NCBI RefSeq assembly: GCF_018350175.1 | Contig: NC_058368.1 | Coordinates: 201,440,001 to 201,504,000, forward strand | Length of the DNA stretch: 64,000 nucleotides | Source of the DNA: Felis catus | Lineage: Eukaryota | Direction: 5' to 3' | Shown: positions 26,128 to 38,989 of the stretch, piece after piece | Position numbering within the stretch: position 1 is the stretch's first letter | Layout: each line of letters starts with the position of its first letter | The notes under the pieces: generated by a model | What the model was told of the DNA's origin: nothing | What the model saw: the letters and a program-made list of their open reading frames with translations, nothing else | Databases searched by the model: none | Program-made: the position numbers and the translations under genes

Positions 26128-26200
26128 TTAAAAACGATAAACACTACTTTTCTACCACCGGTTAAAAACGATAAACACTACTTTTCTACCACCGGTTAAA
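26128..26200. repeat. Exact 34-bp tandem duplication
   Basis: TTAAAAACGATAAACACTACTTTTCTACCACCGG at 26128-26161 and 26162-26195, followed by TTAAA. Confidence 0.97.
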
Positions 26201-26668
26201 GGTAGCATGTAACCGAAACCTTTACATTCTCTAGAAATCTCTGTTATTGAGTCTCCCCCCTTCCTCTAACAGGTAGGTAACCAGTAGCCTGATTTTTAAA
26301 AGTAATTTCTATACTTTGCTTCATATAGTCATCTGTAAATAACATTTACTCCATGTTCTTGTTTCAGATGTTTAAATAACTGAAGTGAAGCTGAGTTTAT
26401 TCTTTAATAATTGTTTAAAATATTACACGGTTAAATGTTTGAGAGAGTTATCCTGTTTATTACAAGTAGTCTTAGCTCATTTCCATTGTCGATGGGATTT
26501 CATTTCTCTGCCCACTACGCGTTATTTACCCATTCCACTGTGCGTGGACTCTGGATTGTTTCCAGGTGTTTTTGTTTGGTTTGGTTGTTGTTCTTGTTGT
26601 TGCATATTTATTACTCATCTATTCCCAGAGCCTGATTAGGAACCAAGCTTTATTTAAGTTAATCACAT

Positions 26669-26854
26669 GGGTGCACCTGGGTGGCTCAGTCGGTTAAGCA
26701 TCTGATTCTTGCCTTTGGCTCAGATCATGATCTCATGCTTCGAGTCCTGCATCGGGCTCTGCGTTGAGGGCACAGAACCTGCTTGGGATTCTGTCTCCCT
26801 CTCTCTCTGTCCCTCCCCTGCTTGCTCTCTATCTTTCTCTCAAATAAAAATAAT
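26669..26854 (+). mobile_element. CanSINE (host, tail interrupted)
   Basis: GGGTGCACCTGGGTGGCTCAGTCGGTTAAG head; tail resumes at about 27073. Confidence 0.93.
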
Positions 26855-27071
26855 AAAAAAAATTTTTTAACATTTATTAATTTTTGACAGATACAGAGAG
26901 ACAGAGCATGAGTCCGGGAGGGGCAGAGAGAGGGAGACACAGAATCCGAAGCAGGCTCCAGGCTCTGAGCTGTCAGCACAGAGCCCAGCTAGGGGCTCAA
27001 ACTCACGGACCGTAAGCTCGTGACCTGAGCCGAAGTCAGAGGCTCAACAGACTGAGCCACCCAGGTGCCCC
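26855..27071 (-). mobile_element. CanSINE nested in the tail of the preceding SINE
   Basis: TSD-like AAATAAAA(A/G)TAAT at 26842-26854 and 27073-27085. Confidence 0.93.
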
Positions 27072-28024
27072 TAAATAAAAGTAATTTTAAAAACTGAATC
27101 GTATGAATATGAAATTATATCATTTCAACATTAGACATTTGAACATAATTTTTATCTGAATTACCTTGGACAAAGTAGCTTCTGAACTACAAAGCCTAAC
27201 AGACTTGCACTATAAACTGAGGCATTAGCATTCTTATCATAAATGTATTAATTAAAAATAAATCAGGATGAATATCTACAGCACAAGTCATCCATGCACA
27301 TAGCTTCCCTTTCATTTGTGTCCCGCCAGGAAGACTATGGAAGCCTTGCCCAGTACATCCCCTTGAGAAACCGGGCTGTTCCCTCCATGCCTGCAGGCCG
27401 CTCTTTGGGACAATGTTACAATGTTACAATGCTTTTTTGTAGCCAGTTTCTCTTAAGGGTTTGGTTTTGGTTTTTAATCTTCTGCTTCCACTGCTCCTGC
27501 TTGCTCCTTCCTTTAAGCTCTTCTTACTAATGTTGTCCCTCTGGTCTGAACAATCCCATCTCAGCCTCTCTGTGGCCTGGACATCACTGAATCTGATTCA
27601 GTCCCTTTTGTTCATTCCAGTCCTGGTCCGGATTTCTCTCCTGCACGAGTACCTTTTGCATTTTGTCATAGGTTTTGCCTTATATATAAAGCTGTCCTCT
27701 AAATGTTTCTACCTTTCAAGTAATCACTTTGACATTTATTATCTTATTTGTAAAGTGCTTTCCTTGTGTATGTTTTTATTCATCAATAAAGTGAGGGCTA
27801 TCGATGGCTTGGCATTATGGCTTTTATTTCTCTTGTATTTACTGCATGGCTTTATTGGGTACTATTATTATTTCAGAGCTCTTGAATATTCCTTCTCCTT
27901 GCCTGCCCCCTGCTCAATAGCCCTGTATTTCGGAACTTTCTTGATGCCTAGATTATGGATCCTTAGAATGTCACTGATTCCTTCTTTCTTTCCTTTCTTC
28001 CCTCCTTCCTTCCTTCCATCCTTC

Positions 28025-28700
28025 CCTATTTAACAAATATAACTTGCATACCTGATATGGACCATGCACTGTGGTACACCCTGAGTAGACAGAACAAAGG
28101 AAACATGGCCCCGCTCTCAAGCACTTTCCAGTAGGGGTAGAAGAGTCACAAAAAGATTATTACAATATAGTATGACAAATGGAGTGGCAGAGAGAAGCAC
28201 TGGGAATCATGGGAGCTTATAAAACCGAGATGCATTTCATACAGCAAGAGAAAGAGAGAAACCACAGAAGCGTTCCTGGATAAACTACCACAGAATGAAG
28301 AGATATCGGGCCAGTGAAGGGGTAGGGACATCCTCCCATACAGTGGCCATTGGTTATTGGTTACCCCATACAGTGGTTATTGCTGTCAATAACTGGTAAA
28401 CACTCAAACACATTAGCTACTATTATTAATGTGCAAAGACACGGAGACAAAACATCGCTGATAGTCTATGCAGGAATTGCTAGAAAGTCACACTCGGGAC
28501 AGAGAGGTAGGAGATGAAACTATGAAGCTGGAGACAGAGACAACAGCAAGATCACCAAGGGCCAGCATGCTATGAGAAGGAGCTAAGGATGTTTCTTAAA
28601 TGTGATAGGAAGCTCTGAAGAATTGGAGGAAACTGAAGAGGCCTGACTATCATGTTAGACAGATTATTTAAACATCGACGAGGGCAGATGTGATGAAGTA
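28025..28700 (-). mobile_element. LINE-2 3' relic, with a MIR-like piece near 28340-28430
   Basis: ATTTAACAAATAT...GCATACCTGATATGGACCATGCACTGTG, CCGCTCTCAAGCACTTTCCAGT. Confidence 0.55.
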
Positions 28701-29370
28701 AGAATGTTCTTGCTGACTTGCTGTGAACTATGATGAGGAATTCTGGACCAAGGGGAGAAGAGAATGGGGTGAAGTTCTATAACTTTGTACCCCTTCTCTT
28801 GTCTTTTGGGTACCTCTCTCTGCTGAACATCTGACATATCTATTTATTGTATCTTCTACTAGAATACAAGATTTGCAAGAATAGAGACACTGATGATTTT
28901 GATCCCCACCAAACCCATCACCCCGCACAAGCAGCACTCAATAAATATTTGTGGGTCCGATGAATGAATCAGGTGAGGAGGAGAGCCAGGTGTGACAGGA
29001 AGAATCTCCAAGTCTCTACCCTGAGAGGCTCCTATGTGGACAGTGCTGCCTCCAGCTGAGAAGAAAATAAAATGCATTTAGGAAGGAAAATGGTAAGTCA
29101 AGTCACAAAATCAATATTTTGTGAGCTGTGTTGTGTGAAATTTCTAATCTCATGAAGTAACTGAGTTGAAATGTTACTACCATAAGATGATATTTGATTG
29201 AGACCTAAATGCCAAAGAAGCTGATAATTATTTTCCTGTTTTTAATTTTAAAACCCCAAGAAACCCTACAAAGAAATAATTAGTTTGGGACCAATCTAAC
29301 CTTTCCTAATGACAGTGTAGATCCTTTTCCACTAATAAGTCACTCTTTTATTTGATTCAACCATGTATCA

Positions 29371-29597
29371 TTTTTTTAAATATTTATTTTTGAGAGAGAG
29401 AGCGCATGCGCGCGCATGGGCGCGCGCACGTTGGGGAGGGGCAGAGAGACAGAAGGAGACACAGAATCTGAAGCAGGCTCCAGGCTCTGCACTGTCAGTA
29501 AAGAGCCCCCCACCTGCCCCTGGTGTGGGGCTCGAACCCAGAAACCATGAAATCATGATCTGAGATGAAGTCAGATGCTTAGCCGACTCAGGCACCC
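29371..29597 (-). mobile_element. CanSINE with an internal CG-rich tract
   Basis: TSD ACCAT(G/T)TATCA at 29360-29370 and 29600-29610. Confidence 0.93.
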
Positions 29598-30550
29598 TGA
29601 CCATTTATCAATTTTTTTGTGTGCTTGTTATGAACATGGCTCTCATGCAGTCAGAAGAAAGAAAGAGCATTCTGACTCATTTTCATCGAGGAACTACAGG
29701 ACCCTCTATGCCAAGGCCAAACCTACATTTTTCTAACTTTAAACATTCTAAGAATGTCTGATTGATGGGTATCAACTTCCTGACTCCGTGTAAAAAGAAA
29801 AAAAAAATTACTTGAAAGAAAATCATTAATAAAATATACAACAAATAACATTAAAAAGCATTTCAATTATCATTCTCAATCTTTCTCTCTTGTATGGCAT
29901 CCTGTAATCTAACTTGATTACTGTGATGCATGCTGAATGCTTTCATCTACTTTCCTATGATACTTACAGCACAAGGCCAAAAGATTTTGCATGAGTTTTC
30001 CTGGATCCTTTTTTAGGATTTGAGTAAAATAGATGTGTTTAAAAGTAGTACTGGGGAAGAGATTGGTGTTAGTTTGTTAATAACAAGTATACAAATTTTT
30101 ACCTAAAAATAGTCAATTTGATTCACTATAGCCTGAAGATGTTACACCCTATGGAGTCTTTATAATTGTTAAAATGTAGATGTCTCAAAAATTTTCGACA
30201 ATTGTTTTATTTTGGTAATACAAAGCAATTTTTGAATTGTGTAGTTTAAACTATACATAGGGAGAAAAATAGCAACTTTGGCTTATATATTGGCTTTCGA
30301 CAGCTTCACCTCATCTAGGATTCCTGAATATGCATATGAGCCTCTTGCCTTTTCTTTAGTATTTTAAAATGCATCTGGGAATTGCATAAATATTTGCAAA
30401 CTGGCAAGGTTCAGAAGAATAAATATTTATGTCACATATAGAAATTTAAGCAGAAGTCTCTATTCCCAAGTAACATAAACTTGAGGGGAAAAATCGTAGA
30501 ATATATTCCCTTAAAGTGTTGGTATATGTTATTCATTAAGAAAAATTTTG

Positions 30551-30764
30551 GGGCGCCTGGTTGGCTCAGTCGGTTGGGCGGCCGACTTCGGCTCAGGTCA
30601 TGATCTCGCAGTCCGTGAGTTCGAGCCCCATGTCGGGCTCTGTGCTGACAGCTCAGAGCCTGGAGCCTGTTTCAGATTCTGTGTCTCCCTCTCTCTCTGC
30701 CCCTCCCCTGCTCATGCTCTGTCTCTCTCTGTCTCAAAAATAAATAAACGTTAAAAAAAATTTA
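30551..30764 (+). mobile_element. Young CanSINE
   Basis: Perfect TSD AAGAAAAATTTTG at 30538-30550 and 30765-30777. Confidence 0.96.
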
Positions 30765-31699
30765 AAGAAAAATTTTGTCTAAGTTCATCTATCAGAGCTA
30801 CAGTCCTTTCATGTGAGGTTCTAGAATGAGCTTCTACTACCATGACACTCTTGCTCCTTTATTCAAAATCTTAGAAGTCCCACTGGTTTAGACCAAAGGT
30901 CTGCATTTTTTTGATGATTTTCCAATTTCGCCTACTGCCACTTTCAAAAAACTTTAAGTTCAGAATTAAGGTGAAGATGAGCTTGAGGTTTAGCCTCTTC
31001 TTTTCCAACACATCATCAAAATGGTAGAAGCAAGACATTTAAAAAGAAACAGAGGCAGGAAAATAGACAAATGAGGCAAGAGTCATTATGAGAGTAATTA
31101 GAAGCACCAGCAAGTTTCCTGTAGAAAGAGAATCAAATGAAAGAGAATAACTTACGAAGAAGACAAATTGGAAGAATCCAAAGTCCAGAATGTGTAAAAG
31201 GTAAGTCTTGCCCCGTATGTGAAAATACGTCTTTCCAACAGGATCCCTGAGAAGGTCCACAGTTTTCCTCAACAAATATGGAGACTGGGAATGGGTAGTC
31301 GGGCCAAAAGCAGTGATTCATTCAAGGACTATTTCCAGAACACCTGCTCTAGTCCTCTCCCTATCTTTTCTCCCACCGTCTTTTACTTAAACCAACTGGC
31401 TTTCCTGTGTTTACTCGCACGTGGGCTCTGGACAACTGTGTTGTAAAGAAATTGAACCACCTATCTGGGAAAATCTGGGACTTCCGGTGAGGGTGTTGGA
31501 ATCCTAGAGAGGAAACTTCCTCGTTCTGGCATTAAAAGGGCTTTCTCCATATCAGCAGTCCCTAAGATCAGTTTACCAAGTGACATTGTCTGTCCACATC
31601 CAGAGCTACCCGGCAGTCATCCCCTGCAGTGAGAGGGTTTGTGGGATCATAGTGCTACCTGTGTAATAGAAAAGAGAGCTCATGCCAGTTACTTTATCA

Positions 31700-32200
31700 A
31701 TTAATCTATGTCCTCACTCTCTATATAACAGATAATCAACTGTCACTGGACACAAATCTATAATAAAAGAGAAAACTAAGATGAAAAAAATTTGAAACAA
31801 ATTAGCATCGTGAAAACAAAAGTCGAAAATGAATAAATAGGGCAATGAATCTGAAAGATAGCAGATCATTCAGGAAAGATGCTTTCAAATTCTGATTAAT
31901 ATCCACAGAGAGATTCAAGATATAACCACAAAAAAAGAGAATGTTATTAAAAAGACATCAGAAACAAGAAAAGATTCAGGGACATTGAAACACGATTGAC
32001 AATATAACGTTCAACATAGAGCCTAAATGACAAAGTTGAAGGAATTTTCCAGAACTTAGAGCCAAATAGGTGAAGCAAATGAAAGGAAATATAACAGATA
32101 AATTTAATCGATACATAAAATAAAATTTTAAGCTAACTGGAATTTTAGGAAAAAATAAAGAAAATGAAAGGACAAAAATTAAACAAGTAATATAGAAGGC
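31700..32200 (+). mobile_element. Degraded L1 ORF1/HAL1-like relic
   Basis: Very A-rich; GACAAAGTTGAAGGAATTTTCCAGAAC and CTAACTGGAATTTTAGGAA resemble ORF1-derived sequence. Confidence 0.4.
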
Positions 32201-32209
32201 TTTGCATCA

Positions 32210-32435
32210 GGCAGATTTCATGGTCTCTCTGAATCTTAGTTTCCTGCTCTGTAAAATGAGAATACTAATAGTTTCCACGTAGTTTGATTGAGCTTCAAAT
32301 ACAGTAGCGTGGATAACAATATTTGCTACAATGTCTGTTTAATAAAAGCTAACTATGAGTATATCTGAGTCTCATTTTCCTCATCTGTAAAAATAGAGAC
32401 AGTAATACCCCACAAGGCTGTTGAGAGAAGGAAAC
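32210..32435 (+). mobile_element. Two adjacent MIR core fragments
   Basis: TCTTAGTTTCCTGCTCTGTAAAATGAG and TCTCATTTTCCTCATCTGTAAAAATAGAG. Confidence 0.7.

Positions 32436-32437
<2 letters not shown>

Positions 32438-32469
<32 letters not shown>
32438..32469. repeat. (TATC)8 microsatellite
   Basis: Read directly. Confidence 0.95.
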
Positions 32470-33458
32470 ATCTGTCAATCTGTCTAAAATACACTTGATG
32501 TAAAGAGATTCTTAGGAAATAGTATTCCTCTCCCTTTATCCCTACCCTATGTCCAAGATTCTAGCTTTCTACTACCTCTCTGTAGTTAAACATTTGAATC
32601 TCAATGCACAGTGTAAATGACTCACACTGTCTCAAGTATCCTTGTTATTAAATGGGAATAAACGATATCTGCTCTATTTAGATAATGGTGTTCTGCATAT
32701 CAAGTCAGCTTCATCTGCAAGTGAGTGATACTAGGGAAAGAGCTTGCATAGCCCTTGGAAGTGAAGAAAGAGAGGGTTGCTGCTGACAATGCAGAATTTA
32801 AAACAGGAAGATCACAAGGTGGATGAGGAAGAGAGTGGGAGGATAGTGTGTCGAGAAATGGTATGGGCTAAAAAAAAATGGTGTGGACTAATGCAGGGTA
32901 TCCATCAACCAGTCAAAGCCTAAAATAGATCATTTACCAACAAGCACCACTACTCAAGAAAAGAAATGAGCAGTGTGAAGCAGTTAGATAGGGAAGTGTT
33001 CTTCCATCTGACAACCTCAGACATGTCTGCTACTAGTGTTTTGGGCACAAGTGTTCTATTACATAGGTATACTGATCCCACAAACCTCTCCATTGAAGGG
33101 AATTGTTGCCTGGGAGCTCTGTGTGGTTGCCCAACCGGCTAGTAACTTAAGTGGAAATATTTACAATACTCATAGCTCTCCAACTTGTTTTAGAGTTATG
33201 CATGGATGATTTTTCTCTAATAGTGTACTTAAGGATAGTTACAAGATCATAAGATCTTAAAGATAAAATCTGTACCTGACTCATCTGCGTTCCTCCCAGT
33301 CCTTAGCACATGGTTGACGGTAATTGATTAAAATTATGAGTGATAGGACAAGCATAATGAAAAATGAAATGCTAGTAAAGGTATATTTATTAAAGGAGAG
33401 AAGAAGGATAACAAAACTTAGGACTAATATGAAACTCCAATTAAAATATTCTGAGTGA

Positions 33459-33700
33459 AGGGCGCCTGGGTGGCTTGGTTGGTTAAGCGTCCAACTTTGG
33501 CTCAGGTCATGATCTCATGGTCCGTGAGTTTGAGCCCTGCGTCGGGCTCTGTGCTGACAGCTCAGAGCCTGGAGCCTGTTTCGGATTCTGTGTCTCCCTC
33601 TCTCTCTGCTCCTCCCCTGTTCATGCTCTGTCTCTCTTTGTCTCAAAAATAAATAAACATTAAAAAAATTTTTTTAATAAAAAAATAAAATAAATAAAAT
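33459..33700 (+). mobile_element. CanSINE
   Basis: TSD AAAA(T/C)ATTCTGAGTGA at 33443-33458 and 33701-33716. Confidence 0.95.
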
Positions 33701-36279
33701 AAAACATTCTGAGTGAGTCTTATTGAAAGATGTAAAGGAACATCAACAGGTATAATGGACCAGAATGTTAAAATGGGATAAAAAGGAATAGAAAATAAGC
33801 ACAGTTTGATAGACTAAAGAGATATCAGGAGGTAAGTCCAAGACTAGAGGTGAGGGAATATCTATTATACATTGATAAAGAAAAGGCTTCTGATTGGCCA
33901 ACCAAGTTTTTTTCCCCGTATACTAATATGACTAGTATTCTTACACTCAACGAGTGGCTTAGGAAACATTTATATGTCAGGAGGATAAAGGTATATCGGC
34001 TACTTGTGTAGATCTTTATTGTATGTGTGGTCAACAGACACACCAATCTCAAAATAATTCATTTCATGTTTTAGAAAAAGGATTATTATCATCAATGGAT
34101 GGTGATTTGTAGACTGAGTTCAAGCGTAGTTTCTACAAAAGACCTTATAAAGAGAAGAAAACCTATGAATTTGGAAAATATGACAGGTATACTAGAAGAG
34201 TCTGGGCAAAATTGGAGAAGACAAAATAAAAAAAAAACACAAGTGGGAGAAAGAGATACTATAATATCAATAACGGAGAAGAAATGGTGGTCCCAATAAC
34301 AAATGGTATATTATTTAAAGCTATCATCAGGACTGACAATAAGAGAAATAGAATGAAAAGCAAAGCCATTGGAAATGTATGTCATCATTAGAAGACTAAG
34401 ATGAACCCAATTAAGCAGGTTTTGTGCTAGGCATTTTGTTGCTTGGTTTTTAACTAGTTATATGTCTTCCACGTATTTTGAAAACCGTTCAGAAGACTTT
34501 TCCTCCTTGAAGAGAAAACATTTTTGAAAGTTGAAAGACAATCTATGAAAGGAAATGGTGAAGAACATGGTAAAAGAGAAGATAAAACCTGGCAGCCAGT
34601 GAAAGAAAACCATGAAAGAAAGATTGATAGGTTGTAGAAAATAGAATTAGGACACCATTGTCTTATTTGACAAACTTCCGGTAAAACAAATAAAACTTTT
34701 AAGACAGTAGAGCCTGCGCTGAAGGAACTAGGTGGTGGGTATAAATGAACATGTTAACAGAAGATCTGAATGTACCAGAACAACAAAATCAAAGTTAGAT
34801 TTCTCTTAGGGAAAAGGAAAGGGGAAGGGGGGAAAATGAACCACTTAGGAAAGGGATTCCTCAGACTGAGAAATTAGGGAAGCTTCTAAATACATGGCAG
34901 TGTCAGAGAAAGAATTGGCTAGATGAGTAAAAAGGCATTCCAGAAAAAAGAAAAATGACATAAGAATTAAAAACAAAGAAATTTTGAGACTATGGCGTTT
35001 TGAAGTGTTTTTTTTTTTGTTTAGTACATATAGTTGGTTGGATAAAATTCAAACCAGAAAGGACAAAGTTCAGCCAGAGAACTTTTATGAATGCACAAAC
35101 ATGGAAGGATAGGAAAACATTTTATTATATTTACTGAATTATAATGGGGAGATGGATTAAAAGAGGGAATATCTGAATATGTTAATCCTTTAATTCTAAA
35201 TGTAAGAATAATATTTAAAGAACAGATTATGGTCATGGAAAAAAATGATTATTTTATACATACTTATCTGTATATGTAGATGTGTGTATATGTGCATATA
35301 TATGCATACACATGATATATATTTGTCATTTATACACATAAAAATAGAGATATTATTCTTTTATTTTTTACTACAGGGACACTAATGTGTGTAATAATGA
35401 AATAATCTATAGACCCTGGCACAGGAAAGAGAAATTCTCTAGACAAGGTATAGTACAAACCTTGCCTTTTCCTTTGTGACTATTAGAGACAACTGTGGAT
35501 CCTGTAATTTGTAATTTGTTTGTTAAAATCTTTGCCCACAGTAATACCTAATAGCCATATTGCCAGTTTGGGTTTCTCCCCAGATCAATCAAAATAGGCA
35601 GGGACACTTCGTTTTAGAGTCAAACTAATTATTCACATGCACAGCTGCTAACAAATATTTTATCACAAAAATTGTATTTCCTTTCTTCCATTCAAACCTG
35701 GGCTATGATAAGGTAGGCAAAGTCTTCAGGAAGACCAAGCATTTATTTCTATCCCAGCAAAATAGTCACTAAATCAGTTTCAGAGGACAATGGTGTCGGA
35801 GGCTCCAAATCAACTTCACAGTCCTCTGACTTGCACGCTTAAGGCAAGTCAACCGCACTACGGTACATTCAACATAATAAGCAGGTACAAAGCTGGCCCT
35901 GAATCCATGCAGAGGACAAGCCACGGGCCCTGATGTGCTTGCTGGAAGCACAGCCTATATTTCAGTCTCTGACAACCTTGTGGAGCAGCTGCCAAGTTGG
36001 ATCACAAATAGAAGAGAACTCGAGGACATATGTGCTGAAGGACACAGAAACTCAGAACAGTATCAAAAAGAATGATACTGATGAGAAACAGGAGAACTCG
36101 GGGCTCAACGTGCACATGCGTGTGAATGTCTACTAGATGTACAATGAGTGGCGAAGAGAAAAGGTATATTCAAACAAGAAGCAGAAAGGCAGACTTGCAT
36201 CTGCTATCAGCCAGAAGACTGGGCTGAAAATGACATAAATACATTACGGAACAGTGAGTAGAAGATACTTCTCTCTGTC

Positions 36280-36625
36280 GGGTACGCATCTGGATTTAAT
36301 ACGCTCAGGGCTGATGTGATGGGCTCTGCATTTTCGTATCTTGTTGCTTGTCTTGTGCAACTTTCCATACTCTCGATCACTCCATGGCCCAACATGCATG
36401 CCGGTGCTACACTAGCATCCTACCTAGCATGGAGAAGAAGGCTGAACAAGGGCCCTCCCCTTGTAGAGAAACTTACCTCTTCTTCCAGCCTATTGTCTGC
36501 AAGTTGGTCATGTGGCCATATGTAGTGGCATCAGGGCCCAGGAAGTATAACTTGTAACTTTGCCATGTGCTTACCAGAAAGAAAGAGAAGGGATATTGCT
36601 GGGCATAATTAGCAGTCTTTTCCTA
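36280..36625 (-). mobile_element. Old MaLR LTR fragment (MLT1J/K-like)
   Basis: GGTCATGTGGCCA...GAGAAGGGATATTG...AATTAGCAGTCT. Confidence 0.5.
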
Positions 36626-37017
36626 TGTCAACTAACAACTTCTGTCAAGCAACTTTATCTCTGTATCCCCCATACACAAGAAAGGTCCTGGACAGAGCAG
36701 ATGTGCTAAGAAGGTTTTTGAATAACAAAGTGAATGCAACAGTGAATTTTCTGTGTCCCTACCCCCTTATCTCTGAATCACCTGCCTTAAAATCATCACA
36801 GGGCAGTTATGACAGAAGAATTATCAAAATATAAAACAGTATACATAAGCACAATGTTGGAATTGTTATGGCTAGAAGAAATTTTAACTCCGAAGTTGAC
36901 CAACCCTGTGATTGAGCCGTTAAGAAACTTGAGGCTGGGAAAAATATTAAAATCCAAGATCACAGGGCCATAGTAGAAGTAGTACAGACTTGGATGCACC
37001 TCTCAAGACTTCTGCTC

Positions 37018-37452
37018 TGGACTCATTTCCTAGGATTGCCGTCATAAATTACCACCGGCTTGTTGGCTTAAAATAGAAATTTATTCTGGCTCAACTCTGG
37101 AGGCCGGAAGTTTAAAATACAGATGTCAACAGAGCTGTGCCCCCTGAAGGATCTAGGGGAGATTCTGTTCCTGGCTTTGTCCATCTTGAGTTGATTTCAG
37201 GCATTTTTTGGCTTATGGCTATAGGGCTCCAGTCTCTGCCTCTGTTTCACAGAGCCACCTCTTTTTCTGATGTCTCTCTTCTGGGTGTCTCTTATGAGGA
37301 CGCCAGTCCCTCAATTTGGAAGCCACCTAAATCACCTCAACTTGATTATATCTACAAAGACCCTTTTTCCAACTAAGGTCATATTCACAGGTTCCAGGGG
37401 TTAAGATACAAACATATCTTCTGTGGCTAGACCACCATTAGACCCATGATAC
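37018..37452 (-). mobile_element. MaLR LTR (MLT1-like)
   Basis: AAATTACCAC...GGCTTAAAATAGAAATTTATTCT...CTGGAGGCCGGAAG; AAGGTCATATTCACAGGTTCCAGGGGTTAAGA. Confidence 0.85.
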
Positions 37453-38989
37453 ACTCCACGTATTTTTTACACCACGTTGTGCTGTTCCCTAGATTTTGTT
37501 GCTATTACTATTATTATTATTTCAACGTTATTTTCTTTTATTCTGTTAAGCAATCTAGGCCATTTTTCTTAGAGGTAACCAAAATATATCTGTAACATAA
37601 CAGACCTTTCTATATGAATGAAAAAATATAAATACTAAAAAAGTTGACATTAAATATAGTGGCATAAATCTGAAAGCTGATGAAAGATCCTCTGTTTCTG
37701 ACTTATTCCCTTCATTAGCTAACGAGATGCCTCATAGTCCATGTAATTCATTTTCATTAAGGCTTTGAAGGCTCTGCTGGAACAGGTAGCATATTAAACT
37801 ATTATTAATCATTAACAACTTACTGTAAATATGTTTGGAAAACAGTTTCCCAGGGCCCGACAGAATCCAGGGAGTATTAGATATGGGGAAGAGGAAGAGG
37901 GGGTCAAGAAGATTACCGAAGGAGAAGACAATCAAAAAAAAAAAGTGATGAAATGGATTCTTCCAAATTCCTAACTGCTTGGGCTGGTTTCCCTCTGCTA
38001 CCTCATGTAAGGCTTTGTGTATTATACACTTGAGAAAAGGATGTGACCTGCTGATAGCCGTCCCTATCCTTACTTTTTTCTGAAAAAATGGAATATTTTT
38101 ACCTCTCATTTATTCCTCTAAATTCCTCCCACTTTATGTCCTGCTTGGGCTCTTTACATAGGAAATAATTTAAAGAGTAAGATATTTGTAGACAGTAACC
38201 ACGTTCAAGGTTTTTTCTATATCTCAAGTGGCGGGGGTTAGGACAATGGTAAGGACCCTGCAGAGGCTTAAAAAAATATTGGGCTGGCACACTGACTGAT
38301 GAGCTCATTTCAATCCTTTAAATCTGATAAGTGCAACTTTCTCAGGGTCAAAAACTGAGTCTAGTTCCGGCTTTTCACTATCTAATTCGGACGACTTCAA
38401 CCTAATTACTTAACCTCGAAAATACAACTTTTTGAAAAGCAAGAATACAGTAGCTTCTGGACCTGTGATTTGTCAATTACTACTTCACAGACTTGTTTTA
38501 AGGATCCAGTAAGATAACGTAGGTAAAAGAATGCTTTTAAAAAGAACAATCATGGTATAAATGGAAGACTGTACTCTCGTGAATGTAGCATGTGAAGTTA
38601 GTGTAAACCCTGGAGCAAGGTATGACATTTGTTCTTTTAACAAGTTATTTGTAAATTTCTTGCCTTAGTACACAACCAGCAGTGCCAAGAGACTCAGAGT
38701 AGTTTTGGTAAAGAGGAGAAATCAACCATATTATCAGGCTTGAAATGGTTAAGAGTAAAAAAGATGACATAATTTCCTCTCAAATATCTATTTAGAGAGT
38801 GTTGACTGTAGCTGGTTTGGCGATCATTTGATCATTTTCTCCATTTTTTAGGTGGAGAGGAATCAGATATAAGATAAGCTAGGGAAGATAGAGATTTATG
38901 GATATATTGATTCCAACAAATAACCCCATGTTATCCAAACAACTCCTGAGGTTTTCCATTAGTGACAGGTAACTGACACAGCACCAGTC

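Noticed and set aside
27461..28033. Longest ORF (190 aa, hydrophobic)
   Set aside because: Non-ATG start; the Leu/Phe richness follows from T-rich DNA; it ends in a TTCC repeat; no recognisable domain.
28335..28382. CCCATACAGTGG repeated at 30-bp spacing
   Set aside because: Small local duplication within decayed repeat sequence, with no sign of function.
30548..30754. Recurring MAQSV...AQVMIS...LTAQSLEP ORF family (also at 2074, 12800, 33455, 49762, 56319)
   Set aside because: These are translations of the SINE consensus, not paralogous genes.
33720..34700. Possible CR1/L3 relic (also about 23400-23830)
   Set aside because: Resemblance is too faint to call without a profile search.
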